Positions 1 to 13,409 of a DNA stretch of 64,000 bases are shown here, piece by piece. The stretch spans positions 1,550,001-1,614,000 of the forward strand of contig JAYWIR010000011.1 in NCBI GenBank assembly GCA_036172245.1, read 5' to 3'. The notes under the pieces were generated by a model, which saw nothing but the letters and a program-made list of their open reading frames with translations, was not told the DNA's origin and made no database searches. Position 1 is the stretch's first letter; each line of letters opens with the position of its first letter. Source of the stretch: Raillietiella orientalis. Taxonomy: Eukaryota. The position numbers and the translations under genes are program-made.

Positions 1-1087
1 GAATAATCAGCTATGAGGAAAGAAAAAAACACGCTTGCAGCGACACCCCTTGCAGAAGCTTCCAATAAACAGAAATTGCTCGAATTCGAGAAAACGGCTG
101 AAAATCAAAGGCTAAAAATAAAAAAGTTGAACTGAACTTGGATTGTGCCCCAAGGTGTGCACAGGTTTGCATCTGGTGCAACTTGCATAGAAGAGGTGAG
201 AATATATCAAGATTCATGGTGAAAAATCATCAGGTCAGTTCTGTCACAACTGTGGCAGAACGCTTTCTCTGATGGACAACATAAGTTTCCATATCACATC
301 AGTGCATGCACAAATTTAAGTGGCCTGGTGTGGCCAGAAAAAATAGGAAAACGACACATTTGCTAGTGGACATGGAGTTGAGAATATTAAATTGACCTTG
401 GTCCAAAGCACAGGAGGAACACACTCAATTAACGCAAAAAGTGTTATCAGAACTTTATTGCTTTGATGTGTGCAATTACATAGCTTGTTGCAGGAGGCTC
501 TGCACTACTCTGGACTATCTTTCACAGTTATTATTTTGTTCCTTTGGGGCGCCCTTCGCCCCATCTTTATGGTGCTTCCTCCACTTGCTCGCTTTCTTCC
601 GGTGAGAGAAGATTATAGTTATCAGAACAATTTCCGTTATTACTTGCTAATGATGCAGCATTGGCAAATAAATTGTCTATCATGGCTGAAAAATGTTTAA
701 TATTGATGGGAAACTCGATGGATTTCTACACCAATGCATTCAATTGGACTGATCGGCCAAACTTACTGGAGCACTCATGCTTTAATTGTTATTAGCCATA
801 CACCTCCTATATTTGCTATTGTTCAATGTAATACTTCACTGTATTTCAAACAGTAGTCTTTTACTACATAATAATAAACTCCACGCTACATCGGCTTACA
901 AGTGCTTGGGTACTTAAAAATCACATTGGCAGAGGGAGTTTTGCCAGCAAATTGATATGCTCACCAAATAGTTAGACTCTACCATGACTAATCTGGCTCA
1001 AAGGAAGAGGTGTCATTACCAAATTTTCTTTAATGTATTCATGTTTGTTGTGGGAATTGAAAAACAAAAAACACCACAGCCATAGAA

Positions 1088-4000
1088 TCATAATGTCATT
1101 ATTGCTGTTTGAAGCAATTTTTCTTTCTTTTTCCTTTTCCGTTTCTTGTTCTGTAATTGTTGAGTTGCATCAGCAAATAGCATGACCTCTTGACCTTCTT
1201 CTATCTGCTGTTTAAGATGAGTCAGTCCTGCCAACACAAAGCCTGCTTTATCCTGAAAGCATACAGTGGAGGCAAAACCATGGTTCGCAAACAAACCTTC
1301 ATCTGAAGAACAGCATCATATGCCAATCTCTTAATGTCATCAATGATAGAAATAAGCATAGAATCATTACTAAACTGACGATGATGAATATGGAACACAA
1401 AAGTAATAACACGGCATATCCGTTCATCAGAAAGGCCATGTTTCAAAAGATCTGTTAGGGTGTACAGAAGCTGTTTCAAGTTGCTGTAGGGTAACACCAA
1501 CAGCACTTCCTCCAATTCACTACAACACAAATGGAAAGAATTTGTGAGCACTCAGATTACCTAGATTTGATAGAGTTAAGTACTTTGTGCACATAGTGGT
1601 GCACATCAGTTGTACCCATGGCTTGCATTAAAAGAGGCACAGGAGGTAAGGGCAGATCTTCATTATCACAGCCTTTCTGATGTTCTTGCAATTCAGCAAC
1701 ACGATTTGCATACACCTCCAAACATTCCATTAGCTTCTCCGCCTTGAACACACTAGAATACACAACCACCAGATTGGTATATGCTTACAGCTTTTTCAGT
1801 TGCTGAAGTACGTTTACTTGGTAAATCCACTTCCTGATTGGTCTCTTGCACCACTACATGCATTGCATCTCGTGCTAATCTTTCGTCCTCTTCTTGTTCC
1901 CTTTCCAGTTCTTGTTCCTCTTCCAAAATTAATAGTTCTCGAGTTTTCTTCCACAAACGTAGAGTTTTATCATGTGCTGCACTCACTACGAACTGGCCAG
2001 TTTTACTGACAGCTATGCTCCCTATGCCTCCATGGTGCCCCTGATTCAACAATCATGCATCTTTTCACTTCTTTAATACGACTCACCTTAAGCACAGTGA
2101 TTTTCTGGAAGTTATCAGCATCCCATTGTTTCAACATGCCATCTTTTCCTCCAGAAAAGAAAAGATGTGTTTTTGGCAAAAATCGCAAGGCCTGAATGCT
2201 AAGATCATGAGCTAACAAGGAACGATGGCAATCTCCAAAATCAAGACCCCAAATCTTGACATTTTTATCAGCTCCACCAGTGATCAGCAAGGATGAATCA
2301 CTACTAACATCCATGCATAAAACAGGTAGCTTGTGTCCATAGAGACATAAGAAAAACTGCAAAAAAGTTGGCAAATTCAGCACAAGACAATACTTGCCTT
2401 CAGTGAGTCAAAAAAAAAAACCTTGACTGTAGAATCTAGCAAAGCTACCATCAAGAGACGAGAATTTGGGGTAATGCACACACTGAGCACTTCTTCTTGC
2501 AATTGGAGACTGCGTTTATGCAGCACACTTAGAATGGGTGCTCCATTCTGAGGCACAAATTCGAACTCCCAGAATTTAACGGTTTTGTCTTCTGATCCAG
2601 ACACAAATCCAGACTATTTAGTTCAAAAATTAGGAATGAAAAACAAAAATAAAAAATTTACAAAAAAATAACAACATTAAAAGCAAAAATAAGTACCTCA
2701 TTGGGATACAAATAAAGGGACCATACAGAACCACCATGTGCAGCTACTTCCTCACAGAGATCACCAGCATCAGCATCAAAAATCTGCAACACACCTTCCT
2801 TGGAACCCATGACCAAATATCTGTCCCCAGGAACAAAAATTAAGCTCAAACCATAAGCTGATGATATGGTCTGAATGCATCTGCAGGTCATGCTGCAGGG
2901 AACAATACATCTTTGAGCTTAAACATTCCAAACAGCTGCAACAAACCTATTCCAGATCTTCACACTTTCAGCACTGGCTGAGGCAATCATGGTGTTGTTG
3001 AGAGAAAATGCAACTGCACGAACATCAGATCGATGCCCATGCATGGAAACATAACTGACTAGTTCGTGAGAATAGGTGCTAATGGAAATTGTGTACACTT
3101 CAATTTTGTTGTTGCTTAAAAGACAAAGAACCTAAGCACAGCCTAGAATGTCATTTGTTCAATTATAATGCTTACTGAGAGACTGTCCTTCCCATTTACA
3201 ACATCCACACCTTTCAGTTTGCCACCAACTTTGAATGAAGCAATTCGTTTGATGCAATCACTTGCATGTAGCTCAGGTACACATGTTGTCTCTATCCCTC
3301 TGGCAACCTATTTAATCATGCAACCTATCAGAGCCCTGTGTTTACTGTTTCCTCAGTTTCTTCTCTCTTTTCTTCTGCTTATTACCAATTTCTTCTTGGC
3401 TACTAATGCGGAAAAGCTCCAGTAAATCTTCTTTTCCATGACATAATAAGAACTGTTGGGTTGCATCCAAAGCAAAACTTATCAAACGACCCTTCCCTGA
3501 TCTCATTACCGAGCCAATTTTTTTCAACTGGAAATCACACTACAACCTGCATGCTTTGGGGCCATGAGTGCACATAGGAGAACTTACAATTCGTGCATTC
3601 CTTGCATCATGAGACTCTTCTGAGATATCTGATGTGACTTTCAACTTTTTCACTTCATTCATTATGTCAGTACCGTCCCAGTTCCCATTAAGAGTCCACA
3701 TCTGCAATTCAGAATCTTCTGTACCAGCAATGATCCATTGATTTTCAAGCAACACAAAATCCCAGACCTTATAATTAAAAAGATGACATATTACCACCCA
3801 TCAACATGATCTACACTGAGCAATGCTACCTCAGACTGATGTGCAACCAAAGTATGGAAACAATGCTGTATGTCTAAATCCCAAAACTTGATCAGAGAAT
3901 CTTGTGAACTAGATACCAGAATGTTTTTCTGTGACATGAAACAGCACTTTGTTACTGGTTTTTTATGGCCTTTCAAGCGAACCAAACCGGCTTCATTCAC

Positions 4001-4498
4001 AACATCCCATACAATAAGATTTGTGTCCTAATAAGAATGATATGTAGCATTAAAACTGTCCAAGTGAGCTGACAATACCTTAGCACCCGAAGCCAACCTC
4101 ATTCCATCATGATCGAACTGTAAACTTGTTACAGAAGATGTATGTCCATTAAAAGTAACAAGGCTTTCGCCATTACTCAATCGAAATAACTGTATGGATC
4201 CATTTTTCAGTCCTACAGCCAACACGTTCCAAGATGAGGACACTGCTAGTGCTGTAATTTCATTTTCCACTGGGAATACGAGTTTCTTAAAATTATAGAA
4301 TATTATTTTAAGTTCGAATGAATACAAATATACCTGCTCTCCCTTTTTTATATCCCACAAAATAACTTCATCACACGCTCCAACCACCGCAAATTGGTGG
4401 TATTTGTTATCGATTCTTACAAATTTACCAGTTCCACTTGATATAATCCCAAAAGTACGAGCATTTACATATTTGCAGTATTCCCTTGTAAGCCCCAT
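1088..4498 (-). CDS. WDR3: WD repeat-containing protein 3 (UTP12/DIP2 ortholog, SSU processome UtpB); multi-exon
   Basis: N-terminus MGLTREYCKY..FGIISS..VGACDEVILWDIKKGEQ resembles the WDR3 start. Internal exons LYGHKLPVLCMDVSSDSSLLITGGADKNVKIWGLDFGDCHRSLLAHD and GHRSDVRAVAFS-type WD repeats are present, followed by a Utp12-type C-terminal region and a basic tail KRKRKKKEKLLQTAIMTL*. Exons are separated by ~50-nt GT-AG introns; ATG at 4498, TGA at 1088-1090. Confidence 0.93.
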
Positions 4499-4565
4499 GC
4501 TAGCACACAATTTGATAACTAATCATGATGTTGATTGCACTGAAAACAAATTCGTCTCATGGTAG

Positions 4566-4575
4566 AAAACACGTG
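4566..4575. promoter_or_regulatory. E-box CACGTG (AAAACACGTG) ~72 bp upstream of the WDR3 ATG
   Basis: CACGTG at 4570-4575. The same 10-mer lies at the same relative position and orientation upstream of PWP2. Confidence 0.45.
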
Positions 4576-5839
4576 CTCTTTCACATTCATATCAACCACG
4601 ATAGAAATGATCGCGGGATACCAGCTATCACAATCCGTTTTTCGATGTTTTTTTGCTCACTTCTGTAGAACTAATTCGATTTTACATTGTAAAATCAATT
4701 AAATAAACAAATAATCTATATTTGCATCAGAACTAAGCAATTAAACTTGATAACTTTGTTCCATAACGAGCTATAATATTACAAAGTTGTGAGACTTTGT
4801 ATCATGGGCGTAGAATCATTATTATATCCCGATAAGTCTTTATAATTTATATGCAAAATACATGAGCTTAAAAATGATGAGAAATAATTGATGAAGAATA
4901 ATATACAAATAGACACAGAGTTTCTATTTATTAATTATGCAATTCACTGAATGTATGGGACAATTCAACTCTTATTTCAGATTCCGTAAAATAAAAATTT
5001 TTAAATATTGAACCTCATGTTTTATACTTTCAGATATATATCAGTATGCTTATTCAAATTCTGATGGAATAAGCCTTGCTTTTATCTTAACTAGAAAAAA
5101 AATGATTCAAAGTGACAAAAAAGTCTAATCAAATAAGCAATATTTAGACAAAAAATTGAAAATATCCTCCAAAAGAATGTAAAATCTCTGAATAATTTCG
5201 ATCATACTTATCAAACGTACATAAGAACAACATATAACCAAGAACAGGTCAGAAGCTCCTGTTATAATATGGTTTTATGCCAACATGAACTAATAATATG
5301 CAGGCACTAAACAGCATATTATCCTCATGTCGCTACGCTTTTTACCAAATGCACACATCAGATACACCCACAATCGTGTAAAGTAATGTAGAATAATAAA
5401 ATTGACTATTTAATTCAAGATATATTCATGAGCTTTGAGCATTATGTAACGTTACCTTGATGTAGTTTAGAATACATGATTGAGATAGATTTCCTTCTAA
5501 AAACTTCAACAAAAGCAAGCAATTACCATGATGACGGCATAAGTCTCATATAAATATTACTTTAATTTCCATGAGAGCAGTTCCATAAAGTTTATTTGAA
5601 ATACAACTCTCCAGATAAGTCATCTCATGAAAGTGAGAGAGAAAGACAGAATCTCAGTGTTTACATAGTAACAGTAATCATAAATCATAAATCATCATTA
5701 CTTAGTAATGACTGATTACTCGGAACTGAATCGATTATCGTAATATTGAATCAATCTTATGTCCGTGGGGTCGTGCAACAAAAAGATCACCGGTTGAAAT
5801 TTTAGGCTGAAATTTCAAGCGGACATCGTTGAAAAGACA

Positions 5840-6100
5840 ATCCATCGAAGCTGAGACTGGGGCAGTTGGATGTGATATTTGGGCAGGGCTTTTCATCAGA
5901 TGTTTCAAAACTATGAATAATTGTTATCGAAAGAATATCAACTTGGAATAGACAAAATTGCTTACTAACAACTGCGAGTAAGTGAACTCTTATTCACTAT
6001 AATTCATGAATTGCTGCAACTTTCACTACGGAATATACCAGAGGTCTGTTTTCGGAGACTAGAAGCCATCTGTATACCAAAACGTCTCATTACACATTAT
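5840..6100 (+). mobile_element. Highly decayed non-LTR reverse transcriptase relic
   Basis: Stop-interrupted frames give DVIFGQGFSSDVS (like D.iylDfskAFD.V) and, ~55 codons later, GIYQRSVFG (like GVPQGSVLG). Confidence 0.25.
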
Positions 6101-7499
6101 GAAAACTTTCGTAGTCATAAAAAATAGATATGACTGCTTTGGAATCACTTGCCAAATGAGAATTTAGCTCAGAGATCAAACTGAGAGGATTCTCCGCCGC
6201 ACAGATTTCGTTGCAGTTTCACCGTTCTCCTTCACGTCTACGATGCAGACACGCGGCTGTTCAAACCACCCTTCGCTGCATTTCGTATAATTCAGCAAAC
6301 TATCGTAGGGATGTTACAAAATGTCTGCAGTGCAAAAAGCACAGATTCACGCACAAATGAGTAGTTTCTTGCTAGGAAAAAAAATCATTCTAACAAGATT
6401 GGCCTTCCCACAAATTCTAAAGATCTACTAAGAAGTCTTCTAAGTACGCATTCCTCAGGTCTTTATAACTTCCTAATTGCAAGCGGAAATGTGTTAATTT
6501 TGTGTTAATTTAGTCTTAGAGGCAAAAAATCATTTAAACTGCAAGTCAATTGTACAAGGCCTTCATCTTAAATTAGTGAATTACAATAGTCTTCATAACT
6601 TGCTGGAAATATGTAGTATTCCAGATATCATTTATGATTTTTCCATGAGTCGAAAACTAGTGAAATTAGTAAAAGGTTATGAAAATTATTTAAATTAGTA
6701 AAGGTGTCTCTAGAAAGTGGCGAATGTCATCATCATGCTGATAAAAACTGAAGGTTAGTCATCAGTTTAAGACATACTTGGATTTCGCTCTTAGCTTTGT
6801 CAACAACCCGTCCCCAAAAGTGTTGGGTTTCGCTTCGGTCTCCAAGAAGAGAGGCTGTAGAATAGCAACATATTAATAATCTGAAGTAGGTCAAACATCA
6901 GCATATAAGAGAATGGACGACGGCGAGAAAAGGTGAAAAAGCACTACCAAGGCCGGCTTTTCTGTCGATTTGCAGTGCAGTGTATTGACGAATCTGAAGA
7001 ATTGAAATACTTCATCACCTTAGTGTCCATGCTTGCATGAGAAACTAATCCCCAACATTCCTTTCATTCACTCTATCTGATTGCTTCTTCCAAGAGCACT
7101 GATGCCTTGCTTGTGATGCGACGATATTCAAAATCAGGACCAATATGAAAGGACATCGGATGGGACATCGAATTTTGAAAAACTAGGAATTTCTGGAATT
7201 TTTGAATTCTCATCACAGTGGTGCTTCATGAAAATGAAACTCTTGCCATACTTTGAATCCATTTTTTAAAAATGTGTTTCTGAAAATTTTTATTTCTATA
7301 AATCGAAGGGAATGAAGTTGAAAACTGTAGCTTTCTAATTTATTCAGAAAATTGGAATGATGCACCCATCGTCAGCAGGGTGACATTGCTGTATTTGTTT
7401 GATAAAAAGTTCTTTTTTTAATAAGTGTGTTCCAAAATAAGGCAACCCGTGGATAGAAATGCGGAAGTGTTTTCCAACGGCATTAAATAAATTCTATTT

Positions 7500-8885
7500 A
7501 TCTTGACATTGGGTGATTTTTGCTGCTGTACTCTTCGCTTCTTCCTTCCGAACTGTGTAATAGTCGGTATATTGAGACATAAGGGGAATAAATGAATGCC
7601 ATGAATAATGCCAACTTGAGGACAGGTAGGTCAGTTGAGTGAGAAGACCCAGGAGTTCCAAGGACCTCCCAAGGTATTCCTGGTTCTCTCCCACGCACAT
7701 TCAGGGCCCACTTACACCTCCGAGGTCCCCTGGATTTGCTCCTGTTTGCGGGCCTCTCGTGGGCTCCTGCAGCCCTGAGGTACTCCAGCTGAATTATTCG
7801 CTGCTGCAGTAGAAGTCACCATTGCACAAGGAAAAGGTTGCCCTTCACCCTTCTTCCATACCGAGTAGCGTGAGTCCGCTCTTGTGTGCACCTCCAGGGG
7901 CAATTTTCGACACCAGCTGCACCCTGACCCGAAGCATGGCTCTGGGTCCGAGCACCGACGAAAACCCTGCAGTCAGGCCGTCCTCTCCTGGTGCTGCGCG
8001 TTTCTGGAGCCCTCTGGTGGCGGAGGCAAAAAGCTCATCGTAGCTTCGAAGATGTTTCTCACCAGCACATCAGAGCTCTTCTGCTACCTATCCTCATCCA
8101 CCCGGCCATAATCATCACCTGATCTGTTCTAGCGGCTTTGCCAGGAGGAGGGTACGTCCTCCTAGAGCAGTGCTTCCCGATACCTCCCGTTTGCCTCCTT
8201 AGGGACCGGAATCGAATAAATCAGAATTCAAGATGGGGCTACCCTGGGAGGGTTCCACCCGATGGATCCAGGATGGACTGGAGTCTATGAAGTCTATCTT
8301 ACTCCTGGGGAGGGACTAAGGGGACTAAGGGGACTTCCACTCTGACTGTCTCCGAAGGGAACCCCGAAGGGAATTTCCTTCATGTTTCTCTCCAGAGGGA
8401 TCCCCGGAAAGGATCCGCTCCTGAAATTTCTTCTCCAGAGGAAACTCCCGCAAGGGAACCGCTGCTTGTTTCCCTCTCTGAACACACATCCCCAAGGGAC
8501 ACTTCCCGTTTTCTCTGAAGGGCGCACTCCGAAGAGGGCAGCGCGCTTCTGATACTCTAGAGAGGCAGCCTCCGAAGACGGTATCAACCGGCCCCATGGC
8601 ACTTGATGGAAGGTCTCCCACCTCTCGCGGGAGGACGGCTTCATTTGCAAAACCGGAGGGGAACCCCGAAGGGCTCCTTGATTCCTGGGGAGACCCTGGA
8701 AGGTCAACTTCCGATCCCGGCCTGTCGACGGGGGCATTGGCTTCCACCGGTGCCGCATCGAAGCCTACAGGCCAACCAGCGCGCCATCCTACGGGCGGGG
8801 GAGGAGGTCACTCGAAACCCATGAAGTAGCTCCTATTTTGGGGCGTCGATCCCTTACGCAACGTTTGGTACCATGCGCGGGCAAA
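7500..8885 (-). mobile_element. L1/Tx1-like family copy: partial tRNA-like head + 5' body + RT-proximal ORF2 relic
   Basis: 8885->8170 aligns by eye with the family head/body (e.g. 14374->14090 and 49316-49900). The minus frame near 8050-7950 reads DELFASATRGLQKRAAPGEDGLTAGF (non-LTR 'KAPGPDG' region), followed by WKKGE. Confidence 0.6.
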
Positions 8886-9255
8886 AAACAGGGTAAGAAT
8901 CCATGGGTCTGGATGCCTGAAGCAGCCCACAGAGTCAACTGACCCTCAAAGGGTGGATAAAATCCACACTTCCAAGATGAAGCGGCGGTTCCCCTTGCCA
9001 CCTGGTTGCCAGATCGTCTTAGGGGGGGGACGAAACCGAATATTTACATCCCTGATGATGCAAGTAGAGCCAAGCAAAATTCGCATCATGGTGTAGCGTT
9101 CATGCCGGAAGACTGTGGTGGACCGTGGCGCGCTGACTCTTTCTTTGTTGACTCAAATGGTCGGCAGCCTTCGAGCGCCTGCGCCAACTGTAGGCATTTT
9201 CGGTTTCCACCCCATCCCAAGACACCCCAAGCGTGTGATGCACTCCTTGAGGCAC

Positions 9256-9400
9256 TTCTCGTAACCTAAAATGGGTTAGGAGACGTCCGGCTTGCTTGAA
9301 AGACGAAGCTCGGACTGTCGCATCAATCGAGCGCCCAGTGGGCATCCCAATTTTAGCAAGCGGAACTGGTTCTGCGGGATGAACCAAACGTTGGGTTACG
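9256..9400 (+). pseudogene. 28S (LSU) rRNA fragment, sense orientation, diverged
   Basis: AAATGGGTTAGGAGACGTCCGGCTTGCTTGAA...GAGCGCCCAGTGGGC...AGCGGAACTGGTTCTGCGGGATGAACCAAACGTTGGGTTA matches the conserved eukaryotic 28S core (..TAAGCAGAACTGGCGCTGCGGGATGAACCGAACGCCGGGTTA..). Confidence 0.8.
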
Positions 9401-9409
9401 CCCGAAACG

Positions 9410-9815
9410 CTCCGGAGCCAGAGCGGCCGGCCGCGAGCGCCGAGAAGAGAACGGGGAGCGGCCTCGGGAGATGGCCAGTCGGAGAGTCAACCGAGGCCGC
9501 TCCGCGGGTCGAAATCCCGCGCAAGGCCAGGATGGGATACGCCGTGCGCCCCGACCGAGCGAGGAAGCGCCAATCTCCCGTTAGTTCCCGACCACGGCCC
9601 ATTTACCGTTTCCCGACCAAGCCCGGTTCCGGCTCGGCTCTCAGAGCCAATCCTTCCCCGAGGTTACGAATCTGGGTCGCCGACTTCCCTTACCTACATT
9701 ATCCTACCGTCTAGAGGCTGTTCTCCTTGGAGACCAGCAGCGGGTTGGGCACGACCTGGCACGAAGTTCGTTCCACCACACTTGGATTTCCAAAGACTTC
9801 CTGAGGGCAGCGGCG
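9410..9815 (-). pseudogene. 28S (LSU) rRNA fragment, antisense on + strand, probably including expansion-segment sequence
   Basis: 9635-9750 CTCAGAGCCAATCCTTCCCCGAGGTTACGAATCTGGGTCGCCGACTTCCCTTACCTACATT...AGAGGCTGTTCTCCTTGGAGACC is the reverse complement of a conserved 28S block. The GC-rich 9410-9630 part is tentatively the adjacent expansion segment. Confidence 0.8.
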
Positions 9816-9967
9816 GAGGCTTGAAACGACAGGACCCGATTCGCATCCTGCGGCGGCAGCAGCACCAAATCACTGCACAAGGAAGCGCTCATTACTCAAA
9901 AAGAAAACACTACGTTGTATTTTTTAAGTCTCATTTGCCGCGGTCCACGTCAAAGAAGGAAAGGGGA

Positions 9968-11356
9968 TCATGCTCGTCGGCACAGCAGCTTCACATGCAA
10001 CCCTTCCCCTCGTCTGCATCCGAACAGGACGGAGTCCACTGCGTCCCGACCTCTGATGGATTGCCGTTCTGCCCACGCATATATGCTCACCATGTGCAGG
10101 ATACTCTGAAACCAGAACAAGGAACGTTTCAAATTTTTCGAGTTAACCTCGCCTCACCCCTCCCAGTATTTTGAAGAAGTAGGGTCTCTGGGCGATCATT
10201 CTGAGAGGTTCCGGGTTGAAAACCCTCGGCAATAAACCCGAAAGCGGACATACCGTGGCCTCGACGAATTTGACGTAGTCCACTGGAATGCAGTAAGGTT
10301 CCTCGTCATCGTAAGGATGTGGACGGTTGTACAAGAATTCCACGGTGCTTGCTGTATCAGGGAACGTATCGCAAAAGATAATGCCGTGCAAGAAGCAGTC
10401 GACCATCATTGTCACTCTGACCTCGGAGGAAGCCTTTGTCGCTGTCCTCTTTTTACCTGCACTCACCGGGTGTATTTCAGGAAGTACATCACGCTTATGA
10501 CGTCTTGGGTGGGGAAGAAACCGAAAATATGGAAGCACATGGGTATCCTTCTCGGAATCCTGGAAAATCTTCCTAGGCAGTTTCGGAATCTTTCACGATT
10601 TCTCCTCAAGAGGAACGACGCCTCGTCTTCGCGCAGCAAGTTGGTATGTTGAGAAAAGGTGAAGATATCTTCCCTCGGCATTAAGGGGAAGCGGATGATA
10701 TCCGACACCCTGCGAAAGCTTTGCTGGTGTTTCAGCATCCACCTGTGCACCGCGTAAGCGACGTCGACCTCCCGCGCCGCCAGCGAGTCTCTCCTCAGCG
10801 CCAAGAAGAGCGTACTCTCCGAAATTTCAGGGAACCCCTCGGACTCCAGCACGAACGGTGCAAGCATATCGATCACGCGAAGGGTGTCCCGTGTGAGTGA
10901 ACGGTGGTCCATATAGTAAGCTACTTCCAAGATCTCGCAGCAGTTGTCAGGGTGGCGCATCTTTTTCAGCATCTTCACGCAGTACTTTTCCAGCTTCCAG
11001 ACCATGAACTTCTTCGCGGCGTACAGCGTGCAGAGAGCTTCCCTAAATGTCATTTCCTTCTGTTCGTCAGAGTAAAGGTGGTAAACGAGATTCCTTATGG
11101 CGATCCACTCCACGTCCGGAGTTTCCACAATCACCTCCCCATATGAGTTTTCCACTTGACAGAACTGGGGCGAAGTTCTAACGAAGAACATTCTGTAAAA
11201 GAAGGAGCTACCCGCTGCAAGCAGCAGGCGGTGAGCGCGGAAGATGTGCCCAGCTCGTCCGCACACGAATCTCACGTCGCACAACGCATCATGCTTCAGC
11301 AGGTCTTCTAGTCTATCTGCGATCCCTGCTTTGAAAGTGATAGGAAGCACGGACAT
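9968..11356 (-). CDS. BTB/POZ-BACK domain protein with divergent PHR-like C-terminus (BTBD1/2/3/6-like), ~428 aa, 3 exons
   Basis: BTB motif LCDVRFVCG..IFRAHRLLLAAGSSFFYRMF and BACK motifs NCCEILEVA / LRRDSLAAREVDVAYAVHRW / IIRFPLM. Exons 11356-10467, 10416-10158 and 10105-9968 are joined by 50-nt and 52-nt GT-AG introns, giving an open 1287-nt frame. The last exon is less certain. Confidence 0.8.
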
Positions 11357-13409
11357 TGTGCTCAAAGGTGCTTTTTGCGACTGCTCGATAGAAGGTCTTC
11401 CGGAAACCCCTTCCGCCCTTCCAGAGCGTTCCCTGGAAAGGAAAAGGCAGGTGCAGTTTCGGCGGCCCCGCTCTCCGCACGTTGGTGTGTAATTCCGGGG
11501 AGGTCCACAAGTGGATCCGCCCCCTCTCGTCCCTTGAGAACACGCGGAAGCCACAAGCCGAACGGGCAGAAGAGCGGCACAGCTAGCAGGAATCAACCGC
11601 CACGCGGACAGAGCCTTTGGGGAAGCTGGATGACGTGTACTTTCTGTGGCCGCTCTGGACACGGACACCGCACAGATGCTTTCAGAATACTCCCAGGACG
11701 CATTGTCGGAGCCCATCGACGGACGATTTTAGCGTTCTTTGTCGATTCGACTGACGAGGTAAGGCCACGCTTTCAAAGGAGGGTACTTTTGCATCCAAAA
11801 ACAACAAGCCCAACGCTCTCGAGGAAGGTCGTCCGCCTGCGTGGAAGACAAGGCCCTCCTGGAGATCCATTTCATCTTCAGAAGTAGCCCCTCCCGCGTC
11901 CCGCGAGGGATTCCCCTTTTGTCCCTTTTGCATCCTACTCCTCCCTTGCTTCAGAAAGCGACCTCGTTCCAGCTTCGGCGGGAGACCCGGATGGCGCGAC
12001 GAAACGATCTTCTGCAACCACGCACGAAGTCGCTCGCGGAACAGGTCGCTAAGAAACTACCTCGGAAACCAAGCACTCATCTTCAACACACCCCTTTCCC
12101 ACCCCTATCCTCACTCTCCTACGCACGCCGGGGTCATCCGCAGTCCCAGTGGGCGTGGGTTCCTTCTCATCGGCGTCCACCAAAACGAGAGAGGCACGCA
12201 TTTCACAATCCTTACCAGCCTTCTACGGGGAAATCCGGGGTCTCTGCCCCCAACAGTCAGAGCTGCGCCGTTCTTCTAGGTCAAAAGGGAGGAGGAACGC
12301 CGGGTGAGGCTGCCTTTTAGCAACCGAAGACTCTTGGAATGTTGTGGAAACCCTGCTCATGCGACGCCGGTGGCGAACACCGCCGGGCGCGCTGGGCGAA
12401 ACGCTGCTGCTTCGGGGGAGAAGACATCGTGCAGCCCCTGAGGGTCGAGGTCGGGGGACTTCCAGCCTGCGTTTCCTCGACGGCTGCCCAATGCGACAGT
12501 CAAGGACGTCGCGAGTCGGCTGCGGATGCACAGGAAGCGCGTGGATGTGCTGGAGCTGCCGTCTTCCTGTCTCTCCCTCTCCCACTTGCCCTCCCCTCGT
12601 TATCGCCTCGTCCAGCGCAATTGACCTAGCGGTAGGTAGGCGACGCGGGCACCAACGACCGGCCTTATCCTCCTCTCACCCCTTCGTCCACATGTGCCCG
12701 GGAATCCGCAGCCTACTCGCGGCACCTCCGTCTTCGGATTCCCGTTATTTCTCATCCAGGAGTTACGAGCCACAGAACTGGGAAACTGCTTTCGCGCATG
12801 GAAGCTGCCACCCTTTATAGGATTTGGCCCAATTCCTTTGGCAGGATTTCTTTCCCTTTCGAGTGAGGGCAGCACGTGGCCATGTGAAAGCATCCTAGCA
12901 ACTTTGTTGCATTCAGCAGCAGAACTGAAGTCGGTTACAGCGAGCTCAGAAGGGGAGGCCTTCCACGGCCACACTGCCAACCGGAGTGGGTCCTCTCCCG
13001 GAAGTGCCGGAAGAGATTCCTTGAAGCGCGTGCGAGTCTCTTCGCCGTGCAGGCTGGAGGAACCCGTCGGCTTTTCTCCCGAAACCTGCCTGAAATCGTG
13101 TGTGCAGGAATGCTGTGGAAGGGGCATCGTGGAACGGACGGAGCGCCACATCCACCTTCGAGGATGCAGCAGCTTCAGCAGGAGCGCCGCCGAGCGGATG
13201 GACGAGGAAAGTGGGGGGAATCCTCTGTGCTCATGGAGAAGTTCCGTAAAGGGGTAGAGGGGGCACCCTTATGTCCGGTGCATTCTGGGGAGAGGAAAGA
13301 ACCCAAGAAAAGCCAAGGAGTGGCACTACTTGCCTCGCACGCACTGCCACCTCCGGGAGTAGGAAACGGGGGGAAGACCGCAGTCACGCGGTGTCCAGAG
13401 CGGCTCTCG

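Noticed and set aside
500..600. AT-hook/HMGA-like peptide (GRPKGTK) on the minus strand
   Set aside because: It is flanked by stop codons, with no supporting exon structure.
9028..9062. Hammerhead ribozyme (GAAAC ... CTGATGA)
   Set aside because: The required stems could not be formed around the core motifs.
9256..9815. Functional rDNA unit
   Set aside because: Only two short mutated 28S pieces in opposite orientation; no 18S or 5.8S seen.
11357..11716. N-terminal extension of the BTB ORF from the upstream ATG at 11716
   Set aside because: It is low-complexity and not BTB-like. The ATG at 11356 immediately precedes the domain, although the longer start is not excluded.
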